Under the pieces are notes generated by a model. It made no database searches and was not told where the DNA came from. It saw nothing but the letters and a program-made list of their open reading frames with translations. From the NCBI GenBank assembly GCA_000934665.2, contig JYFJ02002798.1, forward strand, positions 1-50,674: a DNA stretch of 50,674 bases, given 5' to 3'. The DNA is from Catajapyx aquilonaris (Eukaryota). Of this stretch, positions 24,870 to 37,414 are shown piece by piece. The position numbers and the translations under genes are program-made. Numbering within the stretch: the first letter of the stretch is position 1; each line of letters opens with the position of its first letter.

Positions 24870-25699
24870 CTCTGGCAATGTTGTTGTCAGAACAATGGAG
24901 TTGTGTGAATGTGGGTGCGCACTCTGCTCTCGTAAAAAATTCATTTACAGTTGATGACTCACCGTGGACAAACAGAAGCACAGACTCCAATTCTACAGTA
25001 GATTTGAACGATTGGTCAGGCAATTTTCATCCAATAACAAGTTACAAAAGGACCCCCAAACTTCCATCTATACCTTCCCCCAAAATTCAGCAGAATGGAC
25101 GCGTGGATCTGGAAAGAGACGCTCCCGTTCTTCGGGGCGTCCATGTTGCCAAAATCCTCTCTCCTGATGATAAGAATCTGGATGAGATGGACTTGAGGGT
25201 TGAAGCTTATCTGGACAAACTGTCAAAAGTGGGGATAGGGACAGAGAGTATCTATACCTGGGAGGATGCAGCTGTTGGTCCAATGACGCGTGCAATACTT
25301 GGCTACAGATTGGAAGAAAACTGTAATTTTTCCCCAGGAGAATCGAGCCACTTGGCGTCGTCCATTGTGGTCCATTGTGTCCCCAGTCGGCGAGAGATGA
25401 AAAAAGAAGTGTCCATTAGCGGCGTTTTTAAAAAGGGGGGGGGGGGGGGNTGTCCTCTAAAATCCTTTTCCGAACGGAAGGGGGTGCATAATCCGGTCAT
25501 CTCAGAGGTGAAAAGGGAGGGAAGGTCACTAATCCGGCCGGCCAAAGGGTCAGCTGCTAGGCTTTGGTCATCATCCATTAGCCTTATCCCTGATCTGGCG
25601 GAAGCTGTGAGGCACGCTCCTTATTGCTTAGCGGTTTTTCCACCCTTTGACACAATACGAGAGCCGTGCACCTTCACAAAATGTTTAACTGTCTCTGCT

Positions 25700-26230
25700 G
25701 GAAGCTTATTAGAGAAATTTTTTGGTCACTTCTGCAACATTCTGACATTTTTTTCCTATTACAGTAGTTTCATTGCTTCCAGACAAATTGATTTTTTTTG
25801 TAGGAAAATTACATTGCATTAATTCTAACGAATGGTTGCAAAATGTTAAGCGTTGGGATTTTGATTTAATATAAATAAAAAAATTTAACTGCCTCTTGAA
25901 GGACACTTCTCGTAAAGATTCGCAACATTTCGAGATTTTTCCTATAAATTGAATCCTGTCTAGGAAAATTATATTGCATTGATTCAAATGAAAATAATAT
26001 TAAAAGGCTAATATGGTTGTACGATGAGTTCGAATTTTGATTTAATTAAAATAAAACTGTTTAATTGTCTCTGGAAGGACGCTTCCCGGAATGATTTTTG
26101 ATCCGTTTAGCAACATTTAGTGGAGATTTTCTTTCCAGAAATTGATTTTTAAGCAGAAAAATTAAACTGAATTCATTGAATTGAAATGTGGTTGTGTAGA
26201 ATGAGTTAATAACTCGTCTGTGATTTATCG
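25700..26230. repeat. Degenerate AT-rich tandem repeat, ~170-185-bp unit, ~3 copies
   Basis: Recurring taggaaaatta.attgcatt (25801, 25961), ttttgatttaat (25859, 26035), gaaggac.cttc and gcaacatt. Confidence 0.7.
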
Positions 26231-28635
26231 ATTAATTTTAATAGAATTTTAATGCTTATGACCATTCTTATTTTTCATATAGATTTCAACCACCAGCAGG
26301 TCACTGGTATTCTAATCCTTTCCTTGAACTCTTGTGTACACTAGTCCTTAATCTGGCTCTCAGCAAAAGTTATGTTTTGGGAAACGGTAGCCTTGTTTTT
26401 CTAAGCCATTTTGGAAGCAGTCCCCCAGCACTTGTTTCTCCTTGCATGAACCGGGGGGCCTTCTTTCCCAACTAATTCGGGCTGACTTGACATGTACTCG
26501 AGGATCTCGCTTGGTCGATCCCTTTTTGCCACAATCTTTTTACAAAAGAATGGAAAACGATCCCTATGATGCCTCTCTCTCAAACCTCTTTTTTTCTCCT
26601 CTCTTTCTCTTCCTTTTGATCCTTTGGGGGGGAAGGACTCCTTTACCAACACCAAACACTCCAGTGTGTATATATTGGTGGAGTCTGTGAGAAAACTACA
26701 CATTCTTGCTGCTTCCACTCCAACAATATCTGGAGTGGCTTTGCAGGGGGTTTATATACACTGGAGTTGTTGCAAACGTTTTGTCGGCGTGTGTATAGGA
26801 TGGGTCCAAAGGCAGGTGAAGGTTACACATGTTACACGTTTGGGATAACCAGTATAGGAGAAGTTTAGGAGAAATTATGCGAAATTTTGGTATACTGTTT
26901 GAACTGATATTATGGAAGTGTAAATATGTCTTTCTCATTTTAAACGTAACTTGTTGAATTTGACTCAACAGATCAGCTCGATATAGAAACATAAAGGACT
27001 CACCTGACTGTAATGGTTGAGGAGCTGTACAGCACAATGACGTTTCATATATTACGGTTAATCTGCATTGCTTGTCATGAGAATATGGTAAATATTTAGA
27101 GAAACACCTGTCATTTTATAAGGTTGCATTGCAGTGAATACCTGAATGAAATTAAACCTCAGGTGTTATTAATGAATGAATGAATTTATTTATTTATGTG
27201 ATTTTTGTGACAGAGCAGATCAAGGCGGATGGTATACATACGAATCATCTTCTCAAATATCTGAGTGGTAAATCCACTCATGTTCTGTGGGATATTAATA
27301 AGATTTCGAGGCAATTAATTTCACGCTTTCTTTTAAAAATAACTCATGTTTGATTGTACAAGTAAGTGTACTAAAATTATTTCAGAACTTAGATTTTGGA
27401 CATATTTTTTCTGGAGGAGAGTAAGAGTGCTGGAGTCACACCTGCAAAAAAAGAAGTCATGGGAACAATATTGTCCTGGACCCTCTATTTATTCATTACT
27501 GAGCACCTGAAATGTATCAAGTGTCGTGATTTCCCCCCCTTCAGTAACAGCAAGTGCAGCCTTGCAACTTTGGTTTTCCCAAGGAGAGAGACGGTGGCAA
27601 ACACAATTCGCAGTGCTTCCCATAGCGAAAAAGAGGGGTGTTGAAGGGGCCTTGTTTTTGCATCACCCCCACCCCACTATACACACTCTTTTTTTTTTTT
27701 GGGGTGCACACAATTCGGCGTGTCATGAGCCCAGGGGCGAGACAAGGGGCACGAGGGACTCCGGGGCCTCCTTTATGGCATCTCTTTTATTTATGAACTG
27801 CCTTCGGGGGCCTTTTCACAAGTTGTTACCGCACATTCTTCCTTCTCCGATCCCCCAATTCTCAGCCGTAAGTCCTGCAACTGACAGCCAGACAAGCCAA
27901 AAAGGGAGGGGTCTTGTACCCATGGAAAACGGTTCCTTTAGTTTCGGGAGACCTAAGAACGACCAAAAGGACCTGACCAAGGAAAATTAAAGAATAACAA
28001 GGTTTCTAAGGCAAGGTATATATTTTACGCTGTACATATGATACAAAAAATAATATGTATATTGTACAAAGTAGCAAAGTCCCTGAATTATAAACAGTCG
28101 GTTTCATTGGAAAAATCATTTACAAAAAAAATAGTATTTACAATGTGTCGTTATGCGTCTAAGGACACTTTGATTGGATAATTTGTGTGAGAGGCACGAT
28201 AGGCATGAAGGAAGGGATAACTTTTGAGCATTTAGGAAGGAATTCAGAGACAATTTGTCAGTAGTTTATGTTAAAACACGATTTTGATCATCCATCAGCT
28301 TATATAGGCAGTGTGCTTTTCCGCCTTGATTTTGGACTAGGCGTCGCGTCGGCTCAAGTCAAAAAATATGGACAATACGTCATGCTTTTTTTAATAAAAA
28401 AAACGAGCCGGAGACTAGGCTTATAGGACGTGGAATGTCATGTATGGAAATCCCTGTGACACTTCTGGTTGGTTACTGGCCAGTTAACTCCCATCAAAAC
28501 TGTATGTATAAATGACAACGATTCTCTTGAACACTGTCGAGCTACTTAACAAAACCTACATATTTCGTCAATACTGGTAATACAGTGTATGGCATCAGGT
28601 TGAGCTTTGCCTGCTGTTGACTATAATGAACATTT

Positions 28636-29496
28636 TTAAAGGCACTCGTACGACAAAGGCATGTCCTGGTACCCACTGTCAGGGCTCTGCTGGTGATGCA
28701 CGTAACGATTTTCGTCCATCTGGTTATTGTGTCCCCAGTGATGGAAGTCTGTCAGGTGCGTAAAGTCAACTTCCGCACACGGACTGCTGCTTCCGCTGCT
28801 GCTGCTTGTGGTGGTTGTGGACGTTGCTGAGGTCGTGTTGCACGGTGCTGTTGCTGGTAGCCTTCGAGCAACAGCGCAGCTTCGATTGTTGGATGTGATC
28901 ATGTTCCCGTGGTTTCCGATACTGACGGTGACATTTCCGACGTTGAGTGTCACCACCCCGTTGTGCACGTTCTCTCTCTCCTGAAGCTCGCACATGCTCA
29001 GGGTCTGACTCAGTGCCCAAATGTAATTGTGGGCGAAACGCAGCGTCTCGATCTTGGTCAGCTTCGTGTCCTCTGGAAACGTGGGCAGGACACATCGTAG
29101 TTTGTCCAGCGCCTCGTTCAGCATGTGCATCCTGTTCCTCTCACGATCATTCGCCTTCATCCGACGGTGTTTCTTCAGCCTTATAACCTGCGTCGGACTT
29201 CTGGTTCTCACCCTGGATTTGCTGTACCGCTTCTTCTTGCCGCTTGGTTTGGTCTCGGTCACATCCTCGTGCTTGTGCAGGTCATCCATGGTCATCACGC
29301 TGGTGGCGTCAGAGTCGTCGTCGTCGTCCATGCTGTAGTCAGAGTCCAGTCTGTTGTCCGGAGACTCCGCCTTCAATCGGATCTTGAGCGGGGAACCAGA
29401 CATGGAGGAATCGCTGTGGCTTCCAGTGGACATCCCTGGAGACAACTGCATCGGAAGACCTCGACACAGGCTGGAAAACCTCTCTGCGGTCGTCAT
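28636..29496 (-). CDS. tap: Neurogenin (Tap/Neurog) atonal-superfamily bHLH transcription factor, 286 aa, single coding exon
   Basis: The ORF contains [56 protein letters not shown], the neurogenin-type bHLH, preceded by [11 protein letters not shown] as in insect Tap. The ATG at 29496 directly follows a splice acceptor (ttttaattggcag|ATG), so the track's 29529 start is intronic. Stop TAA at 28636-28638. Confidence 0.95.
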   Translation of the reverse strand: MTTAERFSSLCRGLPMQLSPGMSTGSHSDSSMSGSPLKIRLKAESPDNRLDSDYSMDDDDDSDATSVMTMDDLHKHEDVTETKPSGKKKRYSKSRVRTRSPTQVIRLKKHRRMKANDRERNRMHMLNEALDKLRCVLPTFPEDTKLTKIETLRFAHNYIWALSQTLSMCELQERENVHNGVVTLNVGNVTVSIGNHGNMITSNNRSCAVARRLPATAPCNTTSATSTTTTSSSSGSSSPCAEVDFTHLTDFHHWGHNNQMDENRYVHHQQSPDSGYQDMPLSYECL

Positions 29497-30430
29497 CTGC
29501 CAATTAAAAACGGAATTATTAAGTCGCACATCTCACACCAAATATGAGCCTTTCAAATATCGTAATTAATAAGTAAATATGGCCACTAAACGCCAACTTT
29601 TGATCAGCCGAACGAAATTATACGTTTCAGGGTCTGTTGAGGTGAGGACAGCAGGTGACCACCCTCAGCTTTTTTTTGAATGGCTTTCCCCCCACCTATC
29701 CAGCCTAACCCCCTGGACTGATAAGCTGAAAATATCTAAACGCCCCTCCCCCACTCCATGGTTTTGTTATCTTGAAAGCGCATCAAAAGCGTCAGGCGTT
29801 GAAACTTCCCTACTTTGTTGTGCTTTACTTATTCAAATGGAAGTGATTGCGTCGGAGGGGGGTGTCCCATGTATATATTTTTCGTCCCCCCCAACTATAA
29901 AGCGCGTAAAAAAAAGCGCGATGCAGCCATATAACAACTGGTCATTTTCAACATGCAATGAGGATGGGGGGTTGCGTGGTTTGTAAAAAGTCGAAGCAAT
30001 TTGGGAAAACGCAGGTCGAGTTATATGATATTGTCACGAGCGGATTTTTATCAACACTTGATTTTCTAAGAAGTCACCTGCTTTTTTTGTTGTTGGTGGT
30101 GTAATTACAGAGCGGGAACGGCAGGATATGAGTTTATGTAACTGGAACTCAAAGGCGTGACTTTAACGACAGAATGAGCAGGCATCGTGATTAAATACTT
30201 TATGAACAGAGACGAAATCTGGGCTGTCAACGCGATTTGCACAGACAAAAAAAAATCACGGTGCTACTAATATTTAAAACAATTATTATTATTCGTGATA
30301 CTAAATTAATATTATTGCACAATATTTTGTACGTACATAACAATATCCCTGTGCTCTGATTCATGTACTGTAGTCTACTGTCTTTAATTCAACAACGGGA
30401 ATCTCTTTCAAGACATTTTCTACCACATTT

Positions 30431-30483
30431 TAAATTAAAATAATGAGTTCATTATACATAATGAACTCATTATTTTTAATTTA
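30431..30483. repeat. AT-rich hairpin palindrome in the neurogenin intron
   Basis: TAAATTAAAATAATGAGTTCATTAT-ac-ATAATGAACTCATTATTTTTAATTTA. Confidence 0.85.
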
Positions 30484-31281
30484 GTTATTATTTTGTATGA
30501 ACTGGATAATTCAGTGGCTGTCTACACTTCAAATCTGTCCATCTGTAGGTAATGATTATGAACGTCTAATTTTGAGATATGAAGCATTATATTGACAGAT
30601 TAATTATTAAGTCTAAATAACAGCGAATACGATGCAAATAAAAATTGCTGGAAATAACTTTTCATAGATCACTGAGGACCACTGTAATTGCAGTGTACTT
30701 AGCCCGCTGCATAAACTCTGTAATTAACTTTTGGAGCATCAGTAAAAGTTGGCGAATTTTGCATATATTAAAATTTTAAGTACCGTACATTTTTGCCACA
30801 GTGGAGTTTCATTGCAGATTTATGCACCGTGTTTCTCACGTTATCCGACCATAGGTGAGCAAAAAAAATAGGCTGCGTATGGCAACCGAGTTAAGATTTT
30901 TTGAACAAACAACATTTGTAGCAAGAAAAATAAAGCAAATTTTCAAGTACTTTCGGGCTAAATTGCTACAAATTACGTACCAGCTTGCAATAATTGGCTG
31001 TTTATTGTGTGCGTAACCGTTAGCGCAACAATAAAAAAGCGCGCAGTTTAAACGCTTCACGTGTCTATAATTTCTTACGTTTACAATATTTTAATGTATA
31101 ATTAAAAATGATAAAAATGTCTTCTGCTGTTGTATACAGATGAATTTATAGTTTGTCCAACTATCACTAGAATCTACTATATATTCCGTGCAAAAAATGA
31201 CAATCAACCTAAATGTAACTACAATCGCTCTTGATCACGTTACAGGATTTACCAACCGGATTTGTAATGAAAGTAACTCAC

Positions 31282-31370
31282 CGGTAGTGTAGTAATATTC
31301 CCGGATTCCCGGATTCTCGGAGAGACACGAATCCAGAGTAGCGTCCGAGGAGGGTCACAGAAACCGAGTG
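31282..31370 (-). other. Putative non-coding exon 1 (5'UTR) of neurogenin; intron 29497-31281
   Basis: Minus-strand donor CCG|GTGAGT at 31282/31281. No ATG in the exon. It begins ~30 nt downstream of a TATA box. The 5' end is approximate. Confidence 0.7.
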
Positions 31371-31395
31371 TTGGGCACGCGACACAATGCCAGGG

Positions 31396-31493
31396 CTTAT
31401 ATAGAACGGTCGGTTAGGAGGGAGGGAGGGAGGGAGGGAAGGAGGGAAGGAGGGCAAAAGAGGAAAAAAAGGGGGGCGAATTTGATGTATTGG
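31396..31493 (-). promoter_or_regulatory. Neurogenin core promoter: TATATAAG, pyrimidine tract and CCAAT
   Basis: Minus-strand TATATAAG at 31403-31396, a (CCCT)n/(CCTT)n tract at ~31416-31455, and CCAAT at 31493-31489. Confidence 0.65.
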
Positions 31494-31667
31494 GCCAACG
31501 TCACTCGCAACTGGGAGGAGCTATGGGGTGCTTTGGACCAGTCGCCAGCAACTGATTATTGCCATGGGTCAGGTTGCCATACAGCTTGTCCTTTTAACAC
31601 CTACTACACCCATGCGCAAAAAGGAGCATCTGCCCGGAGTCTTGCTATAGGTGAAGGCCATCTCACG

Positions 31668-32489
31668 TGTGACATGTTACCTCTCAAGTAAACAGAGAGC
31701 CTTCAACTGCAGTATGCAGACAATGCTGGCCATTAATGGTGCCTTACTGGTGGCGCCAGAAGCCGTTGGAGGCAAAAGAGCGAATCCAATTGATGAATTA
31801 TGTCCCAAGGAGAAACGCCCTATCTCCAAAAACCTAAGGGTGATTAGAGATAGGGCGTTTTTCTTTGGGACTCCAGATTTCAATCACTTCGATTCGCTCT
31901 CTTGCCACCAGTACGACACCTATAATGTCTTCAGCCTTCAAGCCTTCATCTATATACAGTGCTGAACATTAATGGTGTACTGGTGGCTCCACGAGCCGAA
32001 TGTCGGCAAAAGAGCGAATCGTATTGATGCCTTGTAATGTCCTGAGGAGTAACGCCCTATCTCCAAAAACCTAAGCGTGATTCGAGATAGAGCGTTTCTC
32101 TTTGGGACGCCAGATTTCAATCCCTTCGATTCGCCCTATTGCCGACAACCAGCTGGTCGCGCCACCAGTACGACACCTGTAATGTCTTCATCTGCATACA
32201 GTGCTGAACATAAATTGTGTTGTACTGGTGGCGCCACGAGCGGATTGTCGGCAAAAGAGATAATCGTATTGATGACTTGTGATGTCCTAAGGAGTAACGT
32301 TCTATCTCCAATATAACAGAAACGTGATTGGAGATAAGGCCTTTCTCCTTGGGGCGGCAGAATCCATCACTTCGATTCGGTCTTTTGCCGGTAACGGCCC
32401 GTGGCACCACCAGTACGACAACATTAATGTCCAGCACTGCATGTACAGTTTAGTTGAAGGCTCTGTTACTTGAGAGGTGACATGTCACA
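31668..32489. mobile_element. 822-bp foldback element made of three tandem ~240-bp palindromic units; a further half unit lies at ~32497-32632
   Basis: Outer TIR TGTGACATGTTACCTCTCAAGTAAACAGAGAGCCTTCAACT and AGTTGAAGGCTCTGTTACTTGAGAGGTGACATGTCACA. Units start TACTGGTGGC at 31745, 31978 and 32223, and each ends GCCACCAGTAC/CACCACCAGTAC. Confidence 0.85.
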
Positions 32490-35400
32490 GGTCCATCGGA
32501 GATATGACGTTTCTTCTTGGGACGGCAGATTTCAGCGCTTAGATTCGCTCTTTTGCCGCCATCGGCTTCTAGCGCCACCAGTGCGACATAATGCCCAGCA
32601 CTGTACACGATTATGACATCTTACCTCTCAAGTGTAATATGGAGCAACTACATACTGGTCATGCCCGGATCGGTCTGACACGTTCCTGTTTGTGACCATT
32701 GCGGCTTTAGGTCACGAGCCACTCTGGGTCGTGTCTTCCTATTGTGGTGACCCCCTCCATCCACTTTGGTCCACATGAGACCGCCAATGGGCCACTCCGG
32801 ACCTGCATTGTCGAAAAATCCGCCATCTGTCTCCTAAAGTTTGTGGAAAACATCAGCTAATACACAAGAAGGGTAAAGTGGTGGAGGATTTTTCCAAGAC
32901 ATGCTAATAATATTGTGGTAAGAGGACACTGCAAATTAGCCATAACGGGATTCTTGTTGACCACTTGGAAAATGGTCAAGCAACACGAGCAGGACACTCC
33001 CATCTGTTGGCGGCAGTCGGAATAATCTGGAAAGGGTGACGTCCCTATTGTTCCCCCCTTACGAACCAGTCATATGGGCCCATATGGCGCCCTCTCCCTC
33101 AAACGGAGCCACAAACTTTGCCAGAGTGCCTGCAATTACTGGAGCAAGTCTCGTAATGCAATTAGCGGCCACACCTAATCAAAACCCCATAGAAGAGGGC
33201 GACTTTTTTTTTAGAAAGAAAGATAGGGATTGTTGCACTATGTTGACGACATCTGGATTATTGTGTCCAACAGTACATTTTTGGGACATACGTTGTTATT
33301 AATAAGGATTGAGAGCATCGATTCGGTTATCAAGTGATCGCGCAGGTGCTGGCAACCTGATTGTTTTCATGTGGTAATAATTGGCCGGACCGCGGAAGTT
33401 GATGAGGACGTGACGTCGATGGACAGGATAGGTGACATTGTCTCCAGGAGGCTGACCCGCGGGGTCATCACCGAATTGGCATGCGTGCAGCACGATTATA
33501 ACTTTGGAAACCCAATTGTTCTCGCAGAAGTCGTAAAACTCCAACAATGATGGACGCCGCGGAAGCGAACAAAGATGAAGATTGAAATCTAAATAACTAG
33601 TCTGGCTATATACACACGTGTTGTACAGCGAGATCTTACGAGTCGAAACCAATGGACACCATTCATATTGACACTGAATCCACCAAGACCATAGAGAGGA
33701 GGTGTCACAAAAATGGTTTCTTTGCAAAGGCAGCAGATGCGAGTGTTTATCCAGAGGACACCCCCCCGGATGAAGTGTCCTCGATTTGTCACGTGAGTCT
33801 CTGAGGTCAACTTCACCCCCCCGCTCCTCTTCTTTTGGACGGATGGGGTTGCAGGCTTTGGCCCCCACCAACCCTTACATCACCACTGAATCAAAAGGGG
33901 CCAGGCAGGTGGGCATTGTCTGCAAAAAAGGGGGAGGGCTTGGTTGGGTCCTATAGAAGAGTGGGCGTAACTCCCTTGGGGGTGTCTCTCTCGAATCAAT
34001 GGACACAGACATGGGGGGAGATTTTGCACACATAAAAAATTATATGGGGGATAGGTTCTATCGGTTCATTAACATGAGAGGCTTCCAGCCTTTCAACACC
34101 CATCTAGATAGTATACGTTGTCTCAAGAGGCTTCTGGGTACAGTGGACACCTGTCTAGTTCATTGTCAAAATCCGGACACTCTTCAATTGGCTAGCCACG
34201 TGCCGTTTGGAGATCTCTGGCTCAACACTACACCCTTTTTTGGCCAATTGTTTCCGATGGGACACGTGTCTCTTTTTTAAAAAAGGAGTAAGGCGAGTAA
34301 GCTGGAAAATAATGCGACACGTTTTCTCACTTTTAATGCATGGATCATATCGGGGTGTAATTGGAGTGTAATGGTCAGGCACGTGTCTGACCGCCGGTTG
34401 TCACACTGGCTGGTTTATTATTAAGAATTTAATTTTACCAACATGAGGACCCTCTATTTATTAACAATCTAATTACAAAATATAATTTGCACAATTAAAT
34501 TATAACTATTGAACATTCAATTTTTGCTACGTACTGTACATGGATATGTGCAGATCATATTTCTTTATTTACGCAATTTGTTTGAAAAAAAATCTACAAA
34601 TTGGAGCAAATAATTTGCTCAATATTATGTGACCAAACTTCGTATAGAAAAGTTAATTATGTTGGTATGAGCTACCGGTTGGTTCGTATAGCTCCCAATT
34701 TTGACAGAAACCAGAAGTCACGTGTGTTACCCCAGAGTTTGACCTCATTTTTTCTTGGCGTCTATTGACATGTCTCCCATCACCTGCTTCAGGCGACCAA
34801 GCCAAACACCAAACCACTCTTGCTCACTCCCATTTGTCAACATGACCTGTACTGTACGCGCATGCAAATTAGCTGGCAGCCCTTTTCTTACCCAAAAAAT
34901 CGGTTGCAATATTGGGTGATCAATACATATGGGCTGGCACAAAAGGGGGCAAACCGATTGAGCCGATTGGTTGCAAAAAAAATTTGTAGATTTATAACCC
35001 CCCCAGCACGTGCCTGATGCCAAGCAGTCCCCAATTTTTGATGTCGATTCCAAGTTTTTTTCCGCTTGGTTTGTCCTTTAGGGGGAACTTGGGTTTGGCG
35101 GGCACATAAAAGGGGTGCAAGGGTTACCCCTTGCTCCTGCCCCCCCATTTTTTAACGTCTGGTCCAAATTCATAAGCCATGTTTCCCCTTTCCGCTTCAT
35201 TGAATTAGTGACACCCAGGTTGGAAGATATGGCTCTCCCGAATTTTTCAGGCCCTTCGCCTATATAAGTTATGGCCAACAATCCGAACCGTTTTGCCTTT
35301 TTGGAGAGAAAAAAAAGAGAGGTCACAATTGAGGCGTGAAATCTACTGAACATTTCCTGTAGCCAACTTTATGGAGTCAAAGGTATACCTTGAAGGGTAT

Positions 35401-37289
35401 AATAGAGCAACATGGGGTTATGCTGAAGGGGGAAATTTTTGAAACGAATCTCGTGTATCGAGGCCTCTGTGCAAACAAGGCAAGTGGAAATGTCAGGCAC
35501 GCCCGGTGTGTAATTTTCCCACCGAGGCTTCCAGACTTGCTTATCTTTACCTCCCACTTGACACCGGAGATTATCCGGGGGGGTGTTCTCATATTGGATT
35601 TGCAGCAGCCTTCTGAGAATTTTCTAAATGAGTTGAGGCCCACACGATGGCAATCATTTGTGCGATATCTGCTGATATCTGCTCAGGTTTGTTTCATTAT
35701 TTTTTGTTAAAAAAAAGTGAGTTAAATCAATATAATGTTTAATTAACAGTGGCTCATAGGCGACAAAATACGTACTATTTGCCACTATTTTCTTAAAAAA
35801 ATTGTGCCAGAGAGAGTGTTGGCGTCCTTATCCTTGCGATTAGGCAACTTACAAGACACATTTGTTTGTCATAAAGTGTGTTGTGTAGGGGCAGAAAACC
35901 CGTAGACTTGGGCCAAACATTTCTCGTGTCTGTTGGTAGAGTGTGCTGTTGGAGAGAGTGTGCTGCCTTGGTTCGGACAGGTGAGGAACTTTGTTTTGAG
36001 CCGATGATTCCTCCCAAACACCCACAACCTGAGTGGAGGGGCCTTCCAGGGATTTTCTTCCAACACTTTGTCACGACCCTTTTGATCCTTCCTTAGGCTC
36101 ATATTTTTAACGGGAGGTTTGAATTCGCGAGATGTGAGTTGACTTATGAGACACGCAGTATTGTTCAATCCATATGATGGCATAAAAATATGAGTTATCG
36201 AGGTCATACGGGCATAAAAAATCAATGCCAATGTCTTGGATATACTCTACAATTCGCTTCATCAACTTTAAAAAAAAAAATCAAATATCTCCAAATTGGT
36301 TCCTAATTTGCGCGTTACAGATTGTTTATGGGGGGGTAGAATAAAGCAATTAATCAAACAGCTTGGACTCCAGTGGAAGGGAGAGGACCTGCAAAACAAA
36401 CAATTAATTACGAAATGTCCCTATAATAAAATCAATGCAGGAAACACGAGTCAAATAAGAAATGAAATGTTAAGAATTTGACATATAAATACACGACATA
36501 ATAAATAAATTAATAAATAATGTAAATACTACATAAAGTCAGCTGTTGGGATTTGCTCGTCCATGTTAAATCCGAACCTGAAATTTAATTCATTTTCAGT
36601 ACATTTAGTGTATGTAATACAATGTAATCGTACAGGAATACAAGGAAATGACGCATTATTAATGTCAATAAAATGATAAGTGATGCGAGAAATTTAACAT
36701 ACCGGTATGTAAGACACGGATAATTACGTAATAGTACGAAGAATGGATTGTGCTAAATAAAATAAATGGTAAGTAATGCCTACATGAAAATTTGATAAGT
36801 AAAAATATGTCTGGCTATAATAAGTTAAAAAAAGCCTAAAATGCGCTCAGTTTGTGTGTGTTTATGATTATCACTCCATGCAATGCTTTCCAGTCAAGGT
36901 GAACAATCAAACCAAACGAATAAACGGAAAATAAATAGATAAAACCAACGTGACATTACAATCCTATATTTACGCAATCATCAACCATAATCACACCAAC
37001 TTTCTAAACACAATTACGTGTCCTCCAGGTCTTGCCAAGTGAGAAAGAGATGATTCTTACTTGGGAGTCATCGCGAAATAATGTCCGCCAATAATGACCT
37101 GAGAAAGTGTAGGTAGGCAGGTGGGTTGGAGGTGGTCTGTTGTGGGGGGAGAAGGTGGGGTTGGTTGGTTGGTTGGAAAAAGAGAAGGAAGGAAGGTACC
37201 GCTAGAGCTACTAAGGCACACACAAGACATTTCTGGCCGTCAAGAAAAAGCAGCAAGTCAAGGTTCGGATTATTGTGCGCGGTTTTTTT

Positions 37290-37414
37290 AGGATGCGTGG
37301 ACAGTGTCGAGGAGTCGGACAGGAGAGGTCACCCAGGTGACCTGCGACAACTTCTTATTTTTGGAAGCACAGCCATGGCGGATCTTCGCTTGGCCTCTTC
37401 TTGAGTCCTGCCGG
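37290..37414 (+). other. Candidate non-coding first exon of the cadherin gene
   Basis: The ATG exon is preceded by an acceptor (tttcgcag|, 41430), so an upstream exon is implied. This GC-richer block ends in CGG|GTAAGG at 37414/37415 and follows a purine-rich stretch. Start is a guess. Confidence 0.35.

Noticed and set aside
24761..25822. 353-aa ORF as a gene
   Set aside because: It starts at a non-ATG codon inside a MITE and runs through a dispersed repeat, a poly-G run with an N and an AT-rich tandem repeat. No recognisable domain.
29497..29529. N-terminal extension [11 protein letters not shown] of neurogenin
   Set aside because: Non-ATG start, and the sequence is the intron's acceptor region.
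5200..30840. Su(H) sites (CGTGAGAA 5200, CGTGGGAA 20242, TTCTCACG 30833)
   Set aside because: Isolated, no paired site, and the frequency is compatible with chance.
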